A stretch of 62,730 bases of DNA, filler included, from Bonamia ostreae (Eukaryota): the NCBI GenBank assembly GCA_040357525.1. It is 17 parts of 17 records of this genome, joined end to end, with 100 filler letters (N's around TTAATTAATTAA, not from the genome) between each part and the next. Parts side by side here need not be neighbours in the genome. Positions count along the whole stretch, not along the records: positions 37,165 to 40,741 come from JBDODL010000471.1; positions 40,842 to 44,414 come from JBDODL010000472.1; positions 44,515 to 48,084 come from JBDODL010000473.1; positions 48,185 to 51,753 come from JBDODL010000474.1; 13 more parts are not named here. One strand, 5' to 3'. The notes below the pieces were generated by a model. It had not been told where the DNA came from. It did not search any database and saw nothing but the letters and a program-made list of their open reading frames with translations. Both the position numbers and the translations under genes were made by a program. Below are positions 39,044 to 51,853 of this stretch, in pieces (within the stretch, counting starts at the first letter, position 1; each line of letters begins with the position of its first letter).

Positions 39044-39823
39044 CTAATACGATGCAGAATCACCATCATTATCTTCACATGCAGGCGTATTTTCAGGGTT
39101 TTGAGGTTCATTTGAAGGCGGCTGGAGATTGTACAACACATATTCGTGCGAGTAGTCTTCGTTGGCAGGTGGATAAGGCATATATTCTTCGTTTTCACTC
39201 ACATTTTGGTACGTCGGTGTTGGGAAAACAGCTGGGTTACCTGGAACACCAGGACATCCAGGTTTCCCGGGAATGCCAGGACGGCCGATTCTACCAGGTG
39301 CCCCCGGCAATCCTTGCGGGCCGACTTTTCCTGGGCAACCAGGAATGCCCATTATTCCCCCGGGGCCAGTTTCTCCCTTTTCACCTTTCTTTCCGACACC
39401 AGGTTGCCCGGGTGGACCAGAGCGCCCGACGTGACCCATTTGTCCTTGTGGTCCCATATGGCCTGGTGGACCACGGATGCTCTTTCCAGGAATTCCGGGA
39501 AGGCCTCTCAGTCCCATGCAACCAGGTTTTCCAGGTATTCCGGGTTCTCCCCTGTGGCCCATGGCGCCAGGGCAACCAGGACGACCAAACATTCCAGGGA
39601 ATCCTCTCGCTCCAGGTTTTCCGGGGCAACCGTGTTTACCCGGGATACCTTGTTTGCCAGCGTAACCGGGGAATCCATCTTTTCCAGGTTTCCCAGGGCA
39701 ACCAGGGCGACCAGGGTTGCCAGGTGGTCCAGGGGGTCCAGGGATAAACTGAACATGGTGGGGCATTTCCGCGTGTTCGGGAAAGGCGTTGTCATAATGA
39801 TACTTAGTATTGTGGTAAGACAT
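39044..39823 (-). CDS. Collagen-like protein (~54 Gly-X-Y triplets, 6 Cys)
   Basis: Intronless 259-aa ORF with GXY blocks of 28, 8 and 18 triplets, a His/Tyr-rich head and an acidic tail. Confidence 0.93.
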   Translation of the reverse strand: MSYHNTKYHYDNAFPEHAEMPHHVQFIPGPPGPPGNPGRPGCPGKPGKDGFPGYAGKQGIPGKHGCPGKPGARGFPGMFGRPGCPGAMGHRGEPGIPGKPGCMGLRGLPGIPGKSIRGPPGHMGPQGQMGHVGRSGPPGQPGVGKKGEKGETGPGGIMGIPGCPGKVGPQGLPGAPGRIGRPGIPGKPGCPGVPGNPAVFPTPTYQNVSENEEYMPYPPANEDYSHEYVLYNLQPPSNEPQNPENTPACEDNDGDSASY

Positions 39824-40254
39824 TTCAAATCTGAATCTTAAAGATTTTGGTTTTTAGTTTGAAATGAAAATGGAAATTTTACTTTAATTAATATTAAATT
39901 TTTCTCATTTTTACGTGAATATGTACATCCTTTATAAAATAATTTTCGAAAATGGAAATTTGGGATTTTTTGCATAATGCAGATTCTTTATTTCTCATTG
40001 AAAAGTTTTTTTCTTATTGTAGAAAGTAAATTTTTTATTTCTCATTGAAAACTATTGTGGAGACGAAAACAGCGCAATAGTTTTTCTTATTTAAATAATT
40101 TTAATATGTTATAAAGGAGAGAACGTATTGCTTCTATTGGTACTGACTCAGCGTATATCAATGATAAAATTTTAACGACAATATTTTATGTTTTATTGAA
40201 CAAATTCTTTTTGTTTTTTACTAAAACGAAATTAGAACTGTCAGCTGCAAATCT

Positions 40255-40527
40255 TCATCCAAATCTTATTCGAAATATTTCGCCCTTTTCATTTAAGAAA
40301 AAATTCAATCTCGATTTGTTGAGATCCATAGTGTAACAGCAACCATTGCGTATAATACGAATGGTATTAGGTATCACGTCAAATTCTTTTTCAAGCAATC
40401 CAGTCTTAGCTTCAAAATATTCCTTATCATCCAAAACGACCTTTTGCCCAAGAAAAAATAGACGCAACACAGGCATGTCGGTCTCATTAAGGTCACGACC
40501 AAGGCTATCGAATTTCGGCATCACCAT
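40255..40527 (-). CDS. Small serine-protease inhibitor (I78 / potato inhibitor I-like)
   Basis: IRIIRNGCCYTMDLNKSRLNFFLNEKGEIFRIRFG* matches the R++.PG..+TMD+...RLN+.+D..G.I..+..G consensus. Confidence 0.8.
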   Translation of the reverse strand: MVMPKFDSLGRDLNETDMPVLRLFFLGQKVVLDDKEYFEAKTGLLEKEFDVIPNTIRIIRNGCCYTMDLNKSRLNFFLNEKGEIFRIRFG

Positions 40528-40841
40528 TCTATTTTCTAATTAGTGGTTTAATCTACTAAAAATCTGAATGTGGTTCAAATTGCTCTGACATTAAAAATTT
40601 TCCGACACAATTTGAGTTATTTTTCTCTACAATTTTTGATAACAATAACTGCTTATGTTGTAACAGTGATTTTTATTTCAGATTAATATGTTATAGCACA
40701 ACAGTGGCGTGTTGATAGTTTCTGGATTATTTTAAGTAATGNNNNNNNNNNNNNNNNNNNNNNNNNNNNNNNNNNNNNNNNNNNNTTAATTAATTAANNN
40801 NNNNNNNNNNNNNNNNNNNNNNNNNNNNNNNNNNNNNNNNN

Positions 40842-41100
40842 ATTTTCAAAATTTTTGTTTTTATAAAAAGAAATCGATTTTGTTAAAATTAATTTGCCAT
40901 TTTTAGCCATTTTCAAAATTTTTGTTTTTGTGAAAAGAAATCGATTTTGTTAAAATTAATTGGCCATTTTTAGCCATTTTCAAAATTTTTGTTTTTATAA
41001 AAAGAAATCGATTTTGTTAAAATTAATTGGCCATTTTTAGCCATTTTCAAAATTTTTGTTTTTATAAAAAGAAATCGATTTTGTTAAAATTAATTTGTCA
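40842..41100. repeat. 67-bp tandem repeat, ~4 copies
   Basis: Units start at 40842, 40909, 40976 and 41043. Confidence 0.93.
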
Positions 41101-41139
41101 TTTTCGCTATTTAAAAAATGACAAGAATCGATTTATTTA

Positions 41140-44100
41140 GATAATTTTTCTCGAAGACATTTAGCGCAATTACAATTTCCAGAACAAAAAACGCAAAGCC
41201 AATCTTTTTTGTCGATCAGAGAAAATAATATTTTGTGTTTCTTCCATAAACATTTTTCGCAAAATTTTTTGTTACAATATTTTGACTAATTTTTGATTAA
41301 AATTTGTATTTTCGATTATTTTGCAAAAATTTTAATTAACATTGGAATTGATTTTAGTGCAGAAAGCGAGAGAAGAATTTGGTTTGTTCTTTTTGCATTG
41401 ATGGCAACTATTATTATTGCTCAATAAACGATTTTTGTAATTATTTTCTGTTTTTTTCGAGTTTATAACTTTTTTATTGCAATTTTTTGTTTAAAAAATT
41501 CTTTATTGACAAAAAATTTTATTGTAATTTTTGCAAAAAAAAATCTGATTATATAAAAAGATTACAATTGGATTCGTTCGTTTTGTGATCGATCCAATTA
41601 ACAACTCTTTTGACAGAACGCCTCAAAGAAATGATCTTTTTGGCGTTTATACAAATTTTTGTTATTTTCCGATTAAATTCTTTTTTCGAATCGTTTTCCA
41701 ATTTTAACCGAGCGCAGCAAACTTTTTCTTTTAATATTTTTATTTGAGTTGGATCCAAATTAAATTTTTCTGCCATTTCAATCGGTTTTATTGCAGCCAT
41801 AATTTTTTAGTCGAATAAATTTTTTTAAATTTATTTTTGAAAAAATTATAATTAAGAAAAAATTAAGCTGATTTACAAATCGACGAATTGTTTTGGATTC
41901 AATTCTCTCTCATTTTTAGATATTTCTTCGAATTTGAAATTTTCCACTTTTTATTAAAAATTAATTGCCAAAAAGAAAAAAATTTATTGTCAAAAAAAGA
42001 TAAAATTTATTGTCAAAAAAAAGATAAAATTTATTATCAAAAACATTTAATTTGATTTTTTAATCTTTTTTCATTCAAAAAATAATCAAAATTTTTATTT
42101 TTCGAGTCAAATTGTTCCAAAAGCGGATGTTTCGGATATTTAGATCGAGCACTTTCCACAAAAATGAATTTATTAAAAAAACATTAAACGAGCTTTAAAT
42201 CCAATATCCGAATATTTGAGCAAAAACAAATCTTTATTTGTTCTTTTTTCGATTTGGAATTTTCGCAGCGAGTACAAACTCCCCATTAACGCTAAAAATT
42301 GTTGAAAATTACCCGAAAAAGTGAAATATCTGAATCGATTTGACAAATTTGCTTTTTGACCGACTTTTTTTTAAATCGAATTTTTACAAAAAAACTTCTC
42401 GATAAAACAAATGGCAACAAAAAGACCAACAACAGAGACGTCGGTGTATATTTGGAATTTCTGTCAATAATCGCTTTTTCCCATTTATTCAAATTATGTT
42501 TGTGAGGCTTAGCAAAAGCTGATTTTGCGGTAAAAATGGCAATGTCTTTTGGCAAATAATTGTCATTTGAAAACAATTTAACTGTTTTGTTCATTAAAAA
42601 ATTGTTATATCAAAATTGCTTAAAATTTTGTAAAAAATCAGCTTTAAAAATGGATTCTCATTCGTCAAAATATGTTGTTGTTGTTTTTATAACGATTATC
42701 ATTGGATTTGGACTGATATTTTTTGTCAATGTTTTGCCAAATTTTATTTTAGTTTTTATTTCCAAACGGATCGGAAAGAACTGGAAACGCAAATTTTGTT
42801 ACAAAAAAAGATTTCAAAATTTCATTGTTTTACATAAATCGACATTTCGATATCGACGAAATGATTTCCTTTTTATCCCTTTTGAAGCCGTTGCAGAAAA
42901 TTTCGCAAATCGCTTTGCTTTTCAAGATATCAAAAGACGACTCTTTTGAGTTTATTAAAATTGAATTAGCGATTTCATTCGAAAACGATTTTTAATCAAA
43001 TTTTTTTAAAAAAAAGAAAATTTGAGAAGACCTATTTTGACAAAGAAGATTCGATTATGAAAAAATTTGGAATAAAAAAACATGTTTTTTAAAAGATTTA
43101 AAGTTTGTTCTATTTTGCAGTACTGATATTGGCGCGAACGCGATTATTAGACAAATTAATCCAATTTATTTTATAACTGGTTTTTCAAGAATTACAAAAA
43201 TTGCTTTTTAAAAATTTTAGACAGAAAGAAAGCAGCGATCGAATCAAATTGCTTTTTAAAAGAATCGAAAATAGTTTTTATCGAAAACTCGAAAAATTTG
43301 GAAACGGAAAACAAAATCAGTCAAGCCATTTCTACTTTAAAATTTGGTAGTTTTTCTGAGTTTCTTGCGACGATATGAAATGTTTTAAATTTTGCAAAAT
43401 GTTTTTGTCCATTATAAAAAAATATTTGTCCAAAAATAACAATCCGTTTATTCGTTCAATCATTTAAAAAGTTTGCTGAAAAACTTTTTTGGTTTCTTCT
43501 TCTCGTTTTTCCTAAAAACTTCCAAATACATTAACATCTTCTCTGCAAATTCTTTGAGATTTATTTCTTGAACAACTTCTTCAGCACAATTGCTTTTATA
43601 ATCTTCAAATTGATCTTCCAAAACTGACAATATTTTCTCCATTTGTTCGTTTTCGACAACTTTCTTTAGTTCTAATAATAATCTTTTTTAGTTATTTTTA
43701 GTCGAAAAATTGGTCAATTTTATTATTGCTCAATTTTCGTCGAAAATTGCAATTTATTTTTAGTCGAATTTAGAAACAAAGCAGTTTTAGCCACAAAAAG
43801 AGGCGTAAATTTGGGATTTGCCGTTCCGATGAAAAGATTTCTTAAAACGCTTTCAACTCCATTTTCAAATAAATGTTTGACAAAGATTTTCTTGATTTCC
43901 TTTCTCGAGCGTTGAATACCGTTTGTCAATAACATCACAATATTTAAGACTAAATCGCTTATAGTGTTTCCACGCGATATTTCGTTCCTCAGAATTTCAA
44001 AAATTTTTGTTATTAGTTCGCCGTTTTTCATAAAATCCCAATTTGTTTTTTTAGAATAAAACGACGAGAAGACTAAAACCTTTTATAATTTTTGACGTTT

Positions 44101-44414
44101 TTTCAAATTTTGTTTTTTGACTAAAAATTACTTTACGAATTTTTAATTTGGAACTTTTTTTAAATTTTGATTTTTGGTTAAATTTTTGCAAAATTATAGA
44201 AAACTCTGACAAAATTGCGAACTGTATTGTAAAGAAAATTGTGATGACTTAAATTCAATTTGTCGTCTTTGTCCCGAATAAACATTTTTTTGGAGCCGTC
44301 TAATTGAAGATTGGCGTGCTCGACAGATATTAAATCTGCCACTGCTGGCATTAATCCTTTCTTTAACGGATTCTTTTTATTAAAATTTTGTTTTTCAGAC
44401 TTTGCAATTTTCGT
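41140..44414 (-). CDS. Fragment of a large multi-exon, probably alpha-helical hypothetical protein
   Basis: Series of minus-strand exons (43723-44031, 43460-43642, 42292-42594, 41549-41800) separated by AT-rich introns. Confidence 0.45.
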
Positions 44415-44514
44415 NNNNNNNNNNNNNNNNNNNNNNNNNNNNNNNNNNNNNNNNNNNNTTAATTAATTAANNNNNNNNNNNNNNNNNNNNNNNNNNNNNN
44501 NNNNNNNNNNNNNN

Positions 44515-47500
44515 CGTGGAACGAAATGGATGAATTTTATGTGTTACATTTGAATTACAAGGTTGGTATTCAATTGTGATATTCCGAAATTAGCAAAATT
44601 TAAAATTTAGGATTTTATCGTTTTTGTAAAAAAAACTTTTTTAAAATAATTCAATTTTAGTGATTTTAAAGTCCAAACGACTAATCAATTTGTAACAATG
44701 ACCAAGTTTAATTTACAAACGGTAATCAATTTTTGCCAAATTTAAAAAAAAACGACATTTACTGATATTAATACCATTTGTCAAATTTAATAAATTTTTA
44801 AGCGAAATTTATAAAGTTTAAACCTCCCAAAGATCATCGACGCCGACATTAATAGCGGCAAATTCATTATCGATTTGAACCAAATTAGAATGTCTATCAA
44901 AATCCCAATTTTGATTCTGTTTAAAACCATTTCTATTTATCTGCGCAATTTTCGTATCTTCAGAATGGTTATTTTTGTAAATTCCAGTTCTTTTTTTAGG
45001 ATCCGAAATTTTGTTTTCAGATTTGATTCCAATTGACTTCTGAAAAGGGTTCGACGAATTGAATTGGATTGAACCGTAGAACTCTATTCCAGAGCAAGCG
45101 AGGATGTAGTTGTTGGTGGAATTTTTGCCGGTTAAGATTAATCGGAATTTTGGATAGAATCGAGTCGAATGGCATTTCCAAGTATTGGTATCGCCTGGTC
45201 TAAACAATTTTTTATCTTCGACGTGTTTTCTTAATGTTATCCATGTTTGGCCGTCCTCTGATCCCTATTGTTATTTTCGATAATAAATCTAAATTTTTGC
45301 CAAAGTTTGTTGCCACTAAAGTCTGATGAGCGCTTTACTTTTTTTGTCAATAAAGATTTAAATCTTTCCACTTTACATTTCATCCTTTGTGGGNNNNNNN
45401 NNNAATTAGAAGATAGAATTATCGAACATAGTTTATTGTTGTATTTTAATGAGTGTATTTAAAACAGAAAATGTTGGTTATAGTTTCTCATCAATGACGA
45501 AAATTTTTGTTTTGTTAATTTTTTTAATCAATAAAGATTGTCCGTTTTAGAGGACGACTCTTCGTTTAAGAAGAATTGTCGTTTTAAAGTTCGAATTGTA
45601 CATTTAGTAAATATAAAATTTTGTTTGATACAGCAATAAATACTTGAAGACACCAATTTCGGAGGGCTTCAGTATGGTACGTGGAATAGTGGCGGAGACT
45701 ATATTTCGAAGGTTTAATTCTGCAATTTGTGAAAGAAAGAGCGAACCAAGCGCTTTCCTCGTTTAGGGTGACGCATCGGATGATCTCTCGCCCGCAAATA
45801 TTTTTGAATGACAAGGAATCCTGAGCAAGAGAGGATTGGGATACTTCAATATAACCTCTCTCGACTTTTCATATTTTTGAATTGCAGCCAAATTTTTATA
45901 AAATCAATTTTCGAAAAATTGAAATTTGTTGTTTGCAATGTTGATAAATTCAACCCGGATTAATCCATTCAGTGGAATTTCCATGGCTTCCCAGGTAGAA
46001 CAAAATGCCGTCTTTCCCGAAATCTCTTCTTTCAATCTTCTCAACTGCCGTCACATTGATGTTTTCTTCAATTTTATTTTACAAGAATACGCAAATCTTG
46101 ATAAATTTATTTACAAACGCTTTTTTTTTTTAATTTGTTACATTTTCTGTTTTGTTTTGAAGCAAAAAATAACATTTACAATTAAAAGTTTAAACAAAAT
46201 GTCTTCAATTAGTTTTTTAATTCAAGAATAAACCGAAAAAATCCCCCAAAATTTTCATCGCCCCGTAAATCTCGAAGCCGCTAGCGGCGAGATAGAAATG
46301 TTTGTTCGAATTTTTTCCAGTCTGAAAAATTCGAAATTTGCTAAAGAATTCTTGTTGGAAAGGGATCGCCCATGTGTGCGTCTGTCCAGCTTTATTAAGA
46401 GAAGCATCTTCTTCGTGCACTAGTAACACTTTCCACATCCGATTGTCATTTGACCCCTTTAATGTGTTTATCGTTGCGACCAAAAAAGTCGTTTAAATAA
46501 GTTTTCCGTTTTTGAACCTGCAAGACCCAATTCCGCAAAGCTTCGGTGTCAAAAGCGTCGTAGTGGCGCAGAGTATAATGAGAAGGCAAAATCGAGACAT
46601 TGTTGCCAAAATCAACTGATATCCACGATTTTTCTTTGGGCGTAGTTACACAACGAGACGGAACTCGTCCTGTAAATCTGTTGATGTCGCATTTGGAAGA
46701 ACCGGTACTTGTGACCTTTACAATTTTGCTCAAAGATGGGTTCGTCCACGGATTCTTTTTCTCGTTTGATCCCAAGTAGAAAATGGCGCCGTTTTCGTCA
46801 AAATCGGATTTGTATTGTAACAAACGAATTTTCGTGTTATCGTCAAAAATGATGTCTCCGTACATTTCAAAGATTTGGATTTTCAGAGACTTTTTAGAAA
46901 AAATAAAATGAATATTTAGTGCAAATTTTTAGTTTTTACAAAAAAAGATTTTTTAACGCAAATTTTGTTTTAATTTGAACCAATTTTACAAAAAAAAGAT
47001 TTTTGGCGTAAATTTTGTTTTAATTTTAACGACTTTTTACAAAAAAAACTAATTTAACTGATGTCAAATAAATTAAAATAACTTCTTTTTGAATACTAAT
47101 AAGACTTTGTTTAGTCAATCTAAAATATCGATAAAAATCTTGCGCCGATTCGTCAATATTTACAAAATTTGCTTTGATGTCGCCAACATCCACTTCTTTT
47201 TCCAATCGACACAATTTTCTGGCGATGACGCTCCAATTGACGCCATCATCCGATCCACTCAATTCGACAAAAAAGTCATCTTCATCATTGTCGTCTGCCA
47301 TTCTGCTCGTGCTAGCGAATGGACCGAAAACGACTTGTTTCGCTCGGAAAGCGTGGAATTGTAACATAAAAATCACGTGCGGTTGTTCATCTTTTCGTGT
47401 GAAAAAACCGTCGAAAGGGTTGTTCGTCTTAGTAGTGCTTCGTTGATACTTGAAAGGTGTACACGATATTATTTTTATCATCCCGCTTGTTACTTTAATT

Positions 47501-47950
47501 TTTTGAATAAGAGAACTGGGATTGAATTTTTTGGCTTCAGAATCGTCAAAGTTTAGAAGATATCCGAAAAGACCAGACGGAATTTTATTCTTTGTGCTGT
47601 AAATCTTTTCCGGGAAAACTAATTTTTCTAAAATTTTTTGCAGAATTGTAAACTTAATTTAAAAATATTTGCAATTAATGTCTTTTTTTAATCTGTACCT
47701 AATTTGCCCTTAAAATGATCGATTATCATTTTTTTAAAGTTTTGGGGGATATTTAGATTTTCTATCTCATTTTTTTCAAATAAAGTTTTTAAGTCTTTAA
47801 CTGAACTTACCCAATTTTCTTCTAAAATTTTAAGAATAATCTTCTTTTGCGTTTTGTTGATATCTTTTAGAAAATTTTGATAAAGTAAAACCGCTATTTA
47901 TTGTTATCGCGGAGATTAAGCGTTTAAGCTGTTTTTGCTTTTTGGGAAGA
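44515..47950 (-). CDS. Fragment with three tandem HECTD1-type SUN/discoidin-like domains
   Basis: DFDENGAIFYLGS...WTNP...YTLRHY...ALRNWVLQ|GSND...FRIFQTGKNS...YLAASGFEIYG. The domain recurs at ~46250-46865 and ~45040-46020, with a divergent copy at ~47090-47600. Confidence 0.85.
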
Positions 47951-48184
47951 AGAGGATTGAATTCCATAAAATGGAAATTTAGCAATTTTAACTAAATTCA
48001 CAAAATGATATATGTAATGAATATAAAATGGAGACTCAAAAGGTTTTTGTTAATTTGAAATTTTATCTAGAAATAGTTAAATGCNNNNNNNNNNNNNNNN
48101 NNNNNNNNNNNNNNNNNNNNNNNNNNNNTTAATTAATTAANNNNNNNNNNNNNNNNNNNNNNNNNNNNNNNNNNNNNNNNNNNN

Positions 48185-51150
48185 TTTTTAATTGCTATTT
48201 CCTAGCAGTTATTTAAGCTTTTCCGGTAAATTCACAAAATTTGAAACTATGCGACTAAAGATAATAATTTTTTTTGACAAAATTATTTTTGAGGTTTTAA
48301 TGTCAAATCAATTTTTCCTTTCTAAATTCTCATCTTTTTTTATATTATTTTTCGTTTTAATCTTGTTTTCGTTATTTTTTAGTTTATCAGGTAGAAATCG
48401 GTGACAAATGGTTAAGTCTCCGAGGACAATAAAGTGCCGAGAAGTTGGACAGCTCATTGCCCGTTGTTTTTATATTGTTTTGTAAATTAAAAATTTTTAT
48501 TTTGAACATTTTCGCAGACAAATTTTTGTGGTTTACAAAATTTAAAATTGGAAATTATTTATTTTTTCAATTTTCCTTTTAAAAATCGGATCGTTATATT
48601 GTGTTCAGAAACGTTGTCTTCCATTTCTTCTTCGTTTATCAATTCGTAAAATTTTTCGATTTGGCAGAATTTTTCAGAAATTTTGTGGCAAAATTTGCAA
48701 TGAAATTTAGTAATTAACGAACCAAAAAGATACGGCCATTTTTTCCAACAACTCAGAATCAAATATTTATTGCCAAATTTAGTCGAATCAGTGTAATTTA
48801 GCCAAAGCATTTGATTTATTTTTTCGATTTGCAAAATGACTTTGTCCGAACAATGCAACAACGCGATTTTTTCGCGCGGAATTAAATTTAAACAATAATT
48901 AATCACAAAAATATTAAAATAATCAAATTTATCATCGGAAATTAGCTTTTCTGTAAATTTTAACAAAAGTTGAAATACCAAAATCGCAAAATTTTCCATT
49001 AAATCGTCTATTTTGGATAACAAAAATTTGCAAATTTTGTCGTTTTCAAAATTATTTTTGGTGACCAAACATTCCAAAACGAAAAAAGTTTTTTGTTCAA
49101 TTTGGTTAAAATTATTGTTTTGCATTATCGAATCGAACAAATGCTCTTTATAAATTTGAAAATTTGGCTTTTTGTTTAAAAAGATTTTTTGGATTTCGCC
49201 GATCAGTTTTTTAGACAATAATGTCGATTTGGCTAAATTTGTGATATTGTTTAGCAAATTTGGTGAAATTTTGCAATTTGATAATTTTTCATATTCCAAA
49301 TTTATAATTTTGACTAAAAAATCATTTGTGTTTTCAAAAATTCTTAAATATTCGTTGTTGTCAATTTTCGCTAATTTTGCAAAATTTTCGTCTATTTTGC
49401 TAAATTTGGACAGCGCTAATTTGTTTACGATCGTTAGAATTTGAATGTTTGTATTTTTTATAGCGGTATTTTCTATAGACGACGTCAAATTTGCAATAAT
49501 TTGTTTTGAAAAAATTTTGTCAAAATTTGAGATTAACAAAAATTCGTGTTTTTTCTTTTTAAATTTAGTAATTTAGAATTTTCAAAACTTTAATTTTTTT
49601 TTAATTTAAAAGCGATTTTCAAAAAATTAAATTTTCAAAACTTTAATTTTTTTTTAATTTAAAAGCGATTTTCAAAAAAGTAAATTTTCAAAATTTAACT
49701 TTTTGCAAAATTTTGCAAACAAAGGACCAATACAATTCACTATCTGAAGTTTCGTGCAACATATTTTTGATTAGCAAAATATTGTTTTTGACGGTTTTAT
49801 TAAAACTCAACAAACTGTCGATTAATTTTTGGAATTCGATAGTTTCGCTATTTTGAGAATTCGCCATATTGCAGTAACTTTTCAGCTCATCTGAACAAAA
49901 ACGTTCAATTTGAGCAATTTGGCCAAATTTAATATTTTGGCTGAACTTTAGCAGTTTTTCATTTCCGATTAAAGTTGCCGCTTCTTTCGACTTAATAAAA
50001 GCTCTAAATGCTTTCATCAACATGAATTTACTGCCAGTTTTCTTCAAAAGCGGATAAACATTTTTCAAATTAAAAAATAAAGCTCGAACTACTTCTAATA
50101 TATTCAGATCGATGTCCAACATTTTAATGTAGCTCAGATTTTCAAGATGGTTTAAATACAAATCTGAGACGTGGCAAATTAAATCAACGCAAATCGCTAT
50201 GTTGTCAAAAACATCGATTTCACAATAAATTTCAAAATCGTTTTTTAACAAATCTGCAAAAATCTGACAAAAATTTAGCAGTTTTAGAATTTTATCCGAA
50301 ACCGCAACAATTTTTTTGTTAAAATTTGCCAAAACCGATCGGTCAATAAACGATTTTTTGTCTTTTTTGACCATCTTTAGAATTTTTATAATGAAAAGAA
50401 TGGCCACTTTTAGAATTTTGCCAGATTTTTGTTTAAATTGTTTATCAAAATTTGACGATTTTATCGATTTTATCGTTACATTGTCGATTTGTTCTTTGAA
50501 CAAAAGAACAATGAAAGGAAAGAAATCAAACAAATCAATGTCTTCGATCGTTTTGTAAAATGTTTTTTTGTTTACAATTTGCAAATTTTGTTTATCGAGA
50601 ACAGAACTTTGTCCGCCGAAGCCGACAAACAAATCGCCGAGAATTTCAAAGAAAAGGAATAAAAATTTTATGCTGTCCCGTCGGACATCGGTTGACGGAG
50701 TGGACATTGCTGATTTGATATAAGACGTCAAAAGGATGATCGAGTTATTTAAAGATTTTGAGTTCATTTTGTCGAAATTTAGACAGCGCCGAAGTAGCGG
50801 TCTGAGGCACTTAACGCACAAAGAACGAACTGTCGAGTTGCTGGAAATTAAGAGAGGACCGATTTGGAATAGATATTGAGAAACTTGATCGGAATTTTGA
50901 GTGGAAAAAAAGTTCGGACTTTGTTTGGCTAAAGAGCTCAAGAAATCTGTTTTTTTAAATGGATGAATTTTAGTGGTTGTTTACCGAGCGGTTTTTGGTT
51001 ACTGTTGCTGTTTTTGGAAAGGGACAAGTTTTGGTGCGTTTTTATGAACGACGATTTGAACGCTGTCGACGTTTCGTTCAGCGATTTTAATTTTTTGCCA
51101 ACCTTCTTCTTTTGCGTTTTAAAGTCGCTATTGCGCCTTTTAACCGACAT
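48185..51150 (-). CDS. TEX10: IPI1/TEX10 (Rix1 complex, 60S maturation); 3' end uncertain
   Basis: MSVKRRNSDFKTQKKKVGKKLK..NETSTAFKSSFI and SYIKSAMS...VRRDSIKFL (Ipi1_N). Confidence 0.85.
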
Positions 51151-51299
51151 TAATATTTTATGAGCTTTGTTTTTATATTGGTTTTTCTTAATTATTTTTT
51201 AATTTTGAATTTGGAGTTCACGGCAGTCAAATCTATTGCTAAAATAAGGTTAAGTTTTTGGATAAATAACTATAAAATTTAGAATTTTGTAAAATCGAA

Positions 51300-51753
51300 A
51301 TGTCTGAAAACACCAGAATCAAAATAAGCGACATTAAAAAGAACACAGACAAATCGCTTCTTAAAAAGTCGCTCGTAAAATTTGGGGAGATTTTAAAACT
51401 CGAAATGCACACCAATTGTGCTTACGCAGTTTTAACAGAGATCACTATTTTAAGACATTTGAAAAACCAGAAAATGCAAAAAAAGCAATTAAAAAATTGG
51501 ACCGATCGAAATTTGAGGGTTCGACAATAAAAGCAAGACTAAGCAGTTCCGATCATAATCACAGAAAAAATCATAATTCTCATCATCGCAGAAAAAGTCA
51601 TAGGCGCCAAAGAGAAAGAAGCAAAGAACGAAACGCAGAAAAACATCGCTACAAGAAACAGAAAAGCGAGAATTATAAAAATGACAGTAAAAGTAACGGA
51701 AATGTTAAAAAAGGTGTTTTGAGTCACAAAATTTTATTAAGAACAAAAAACTG
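51300..51753 (+). CDS. RRM protein with Arg/His/Lys-rich tail (SR-like), truncated
   Basis: KFGEI...CAYA|TFEKPENAKKAIKKLDRSKFEG, a 26-nt intron and an RRKSHRRQRERSKER tail. Confidence 0.8.
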
Positions 51754-51853
51754 NNNNNNNNNNNNNNNNNNNNNNNNNNNNNNNNNNNNNNNNNNNNTTA
51801 ATTAATTAANNNNNNNNNNNNNNNNNNNNNNNNNNNNNNNNNNNNNNNNNNNN

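Noticed and set aside
39052-39841. Two 231-aa plus-strand ORFs over the collagen
   Set aside because: Expected shadows of GC-rich GXY codons, with no recognisable domain.
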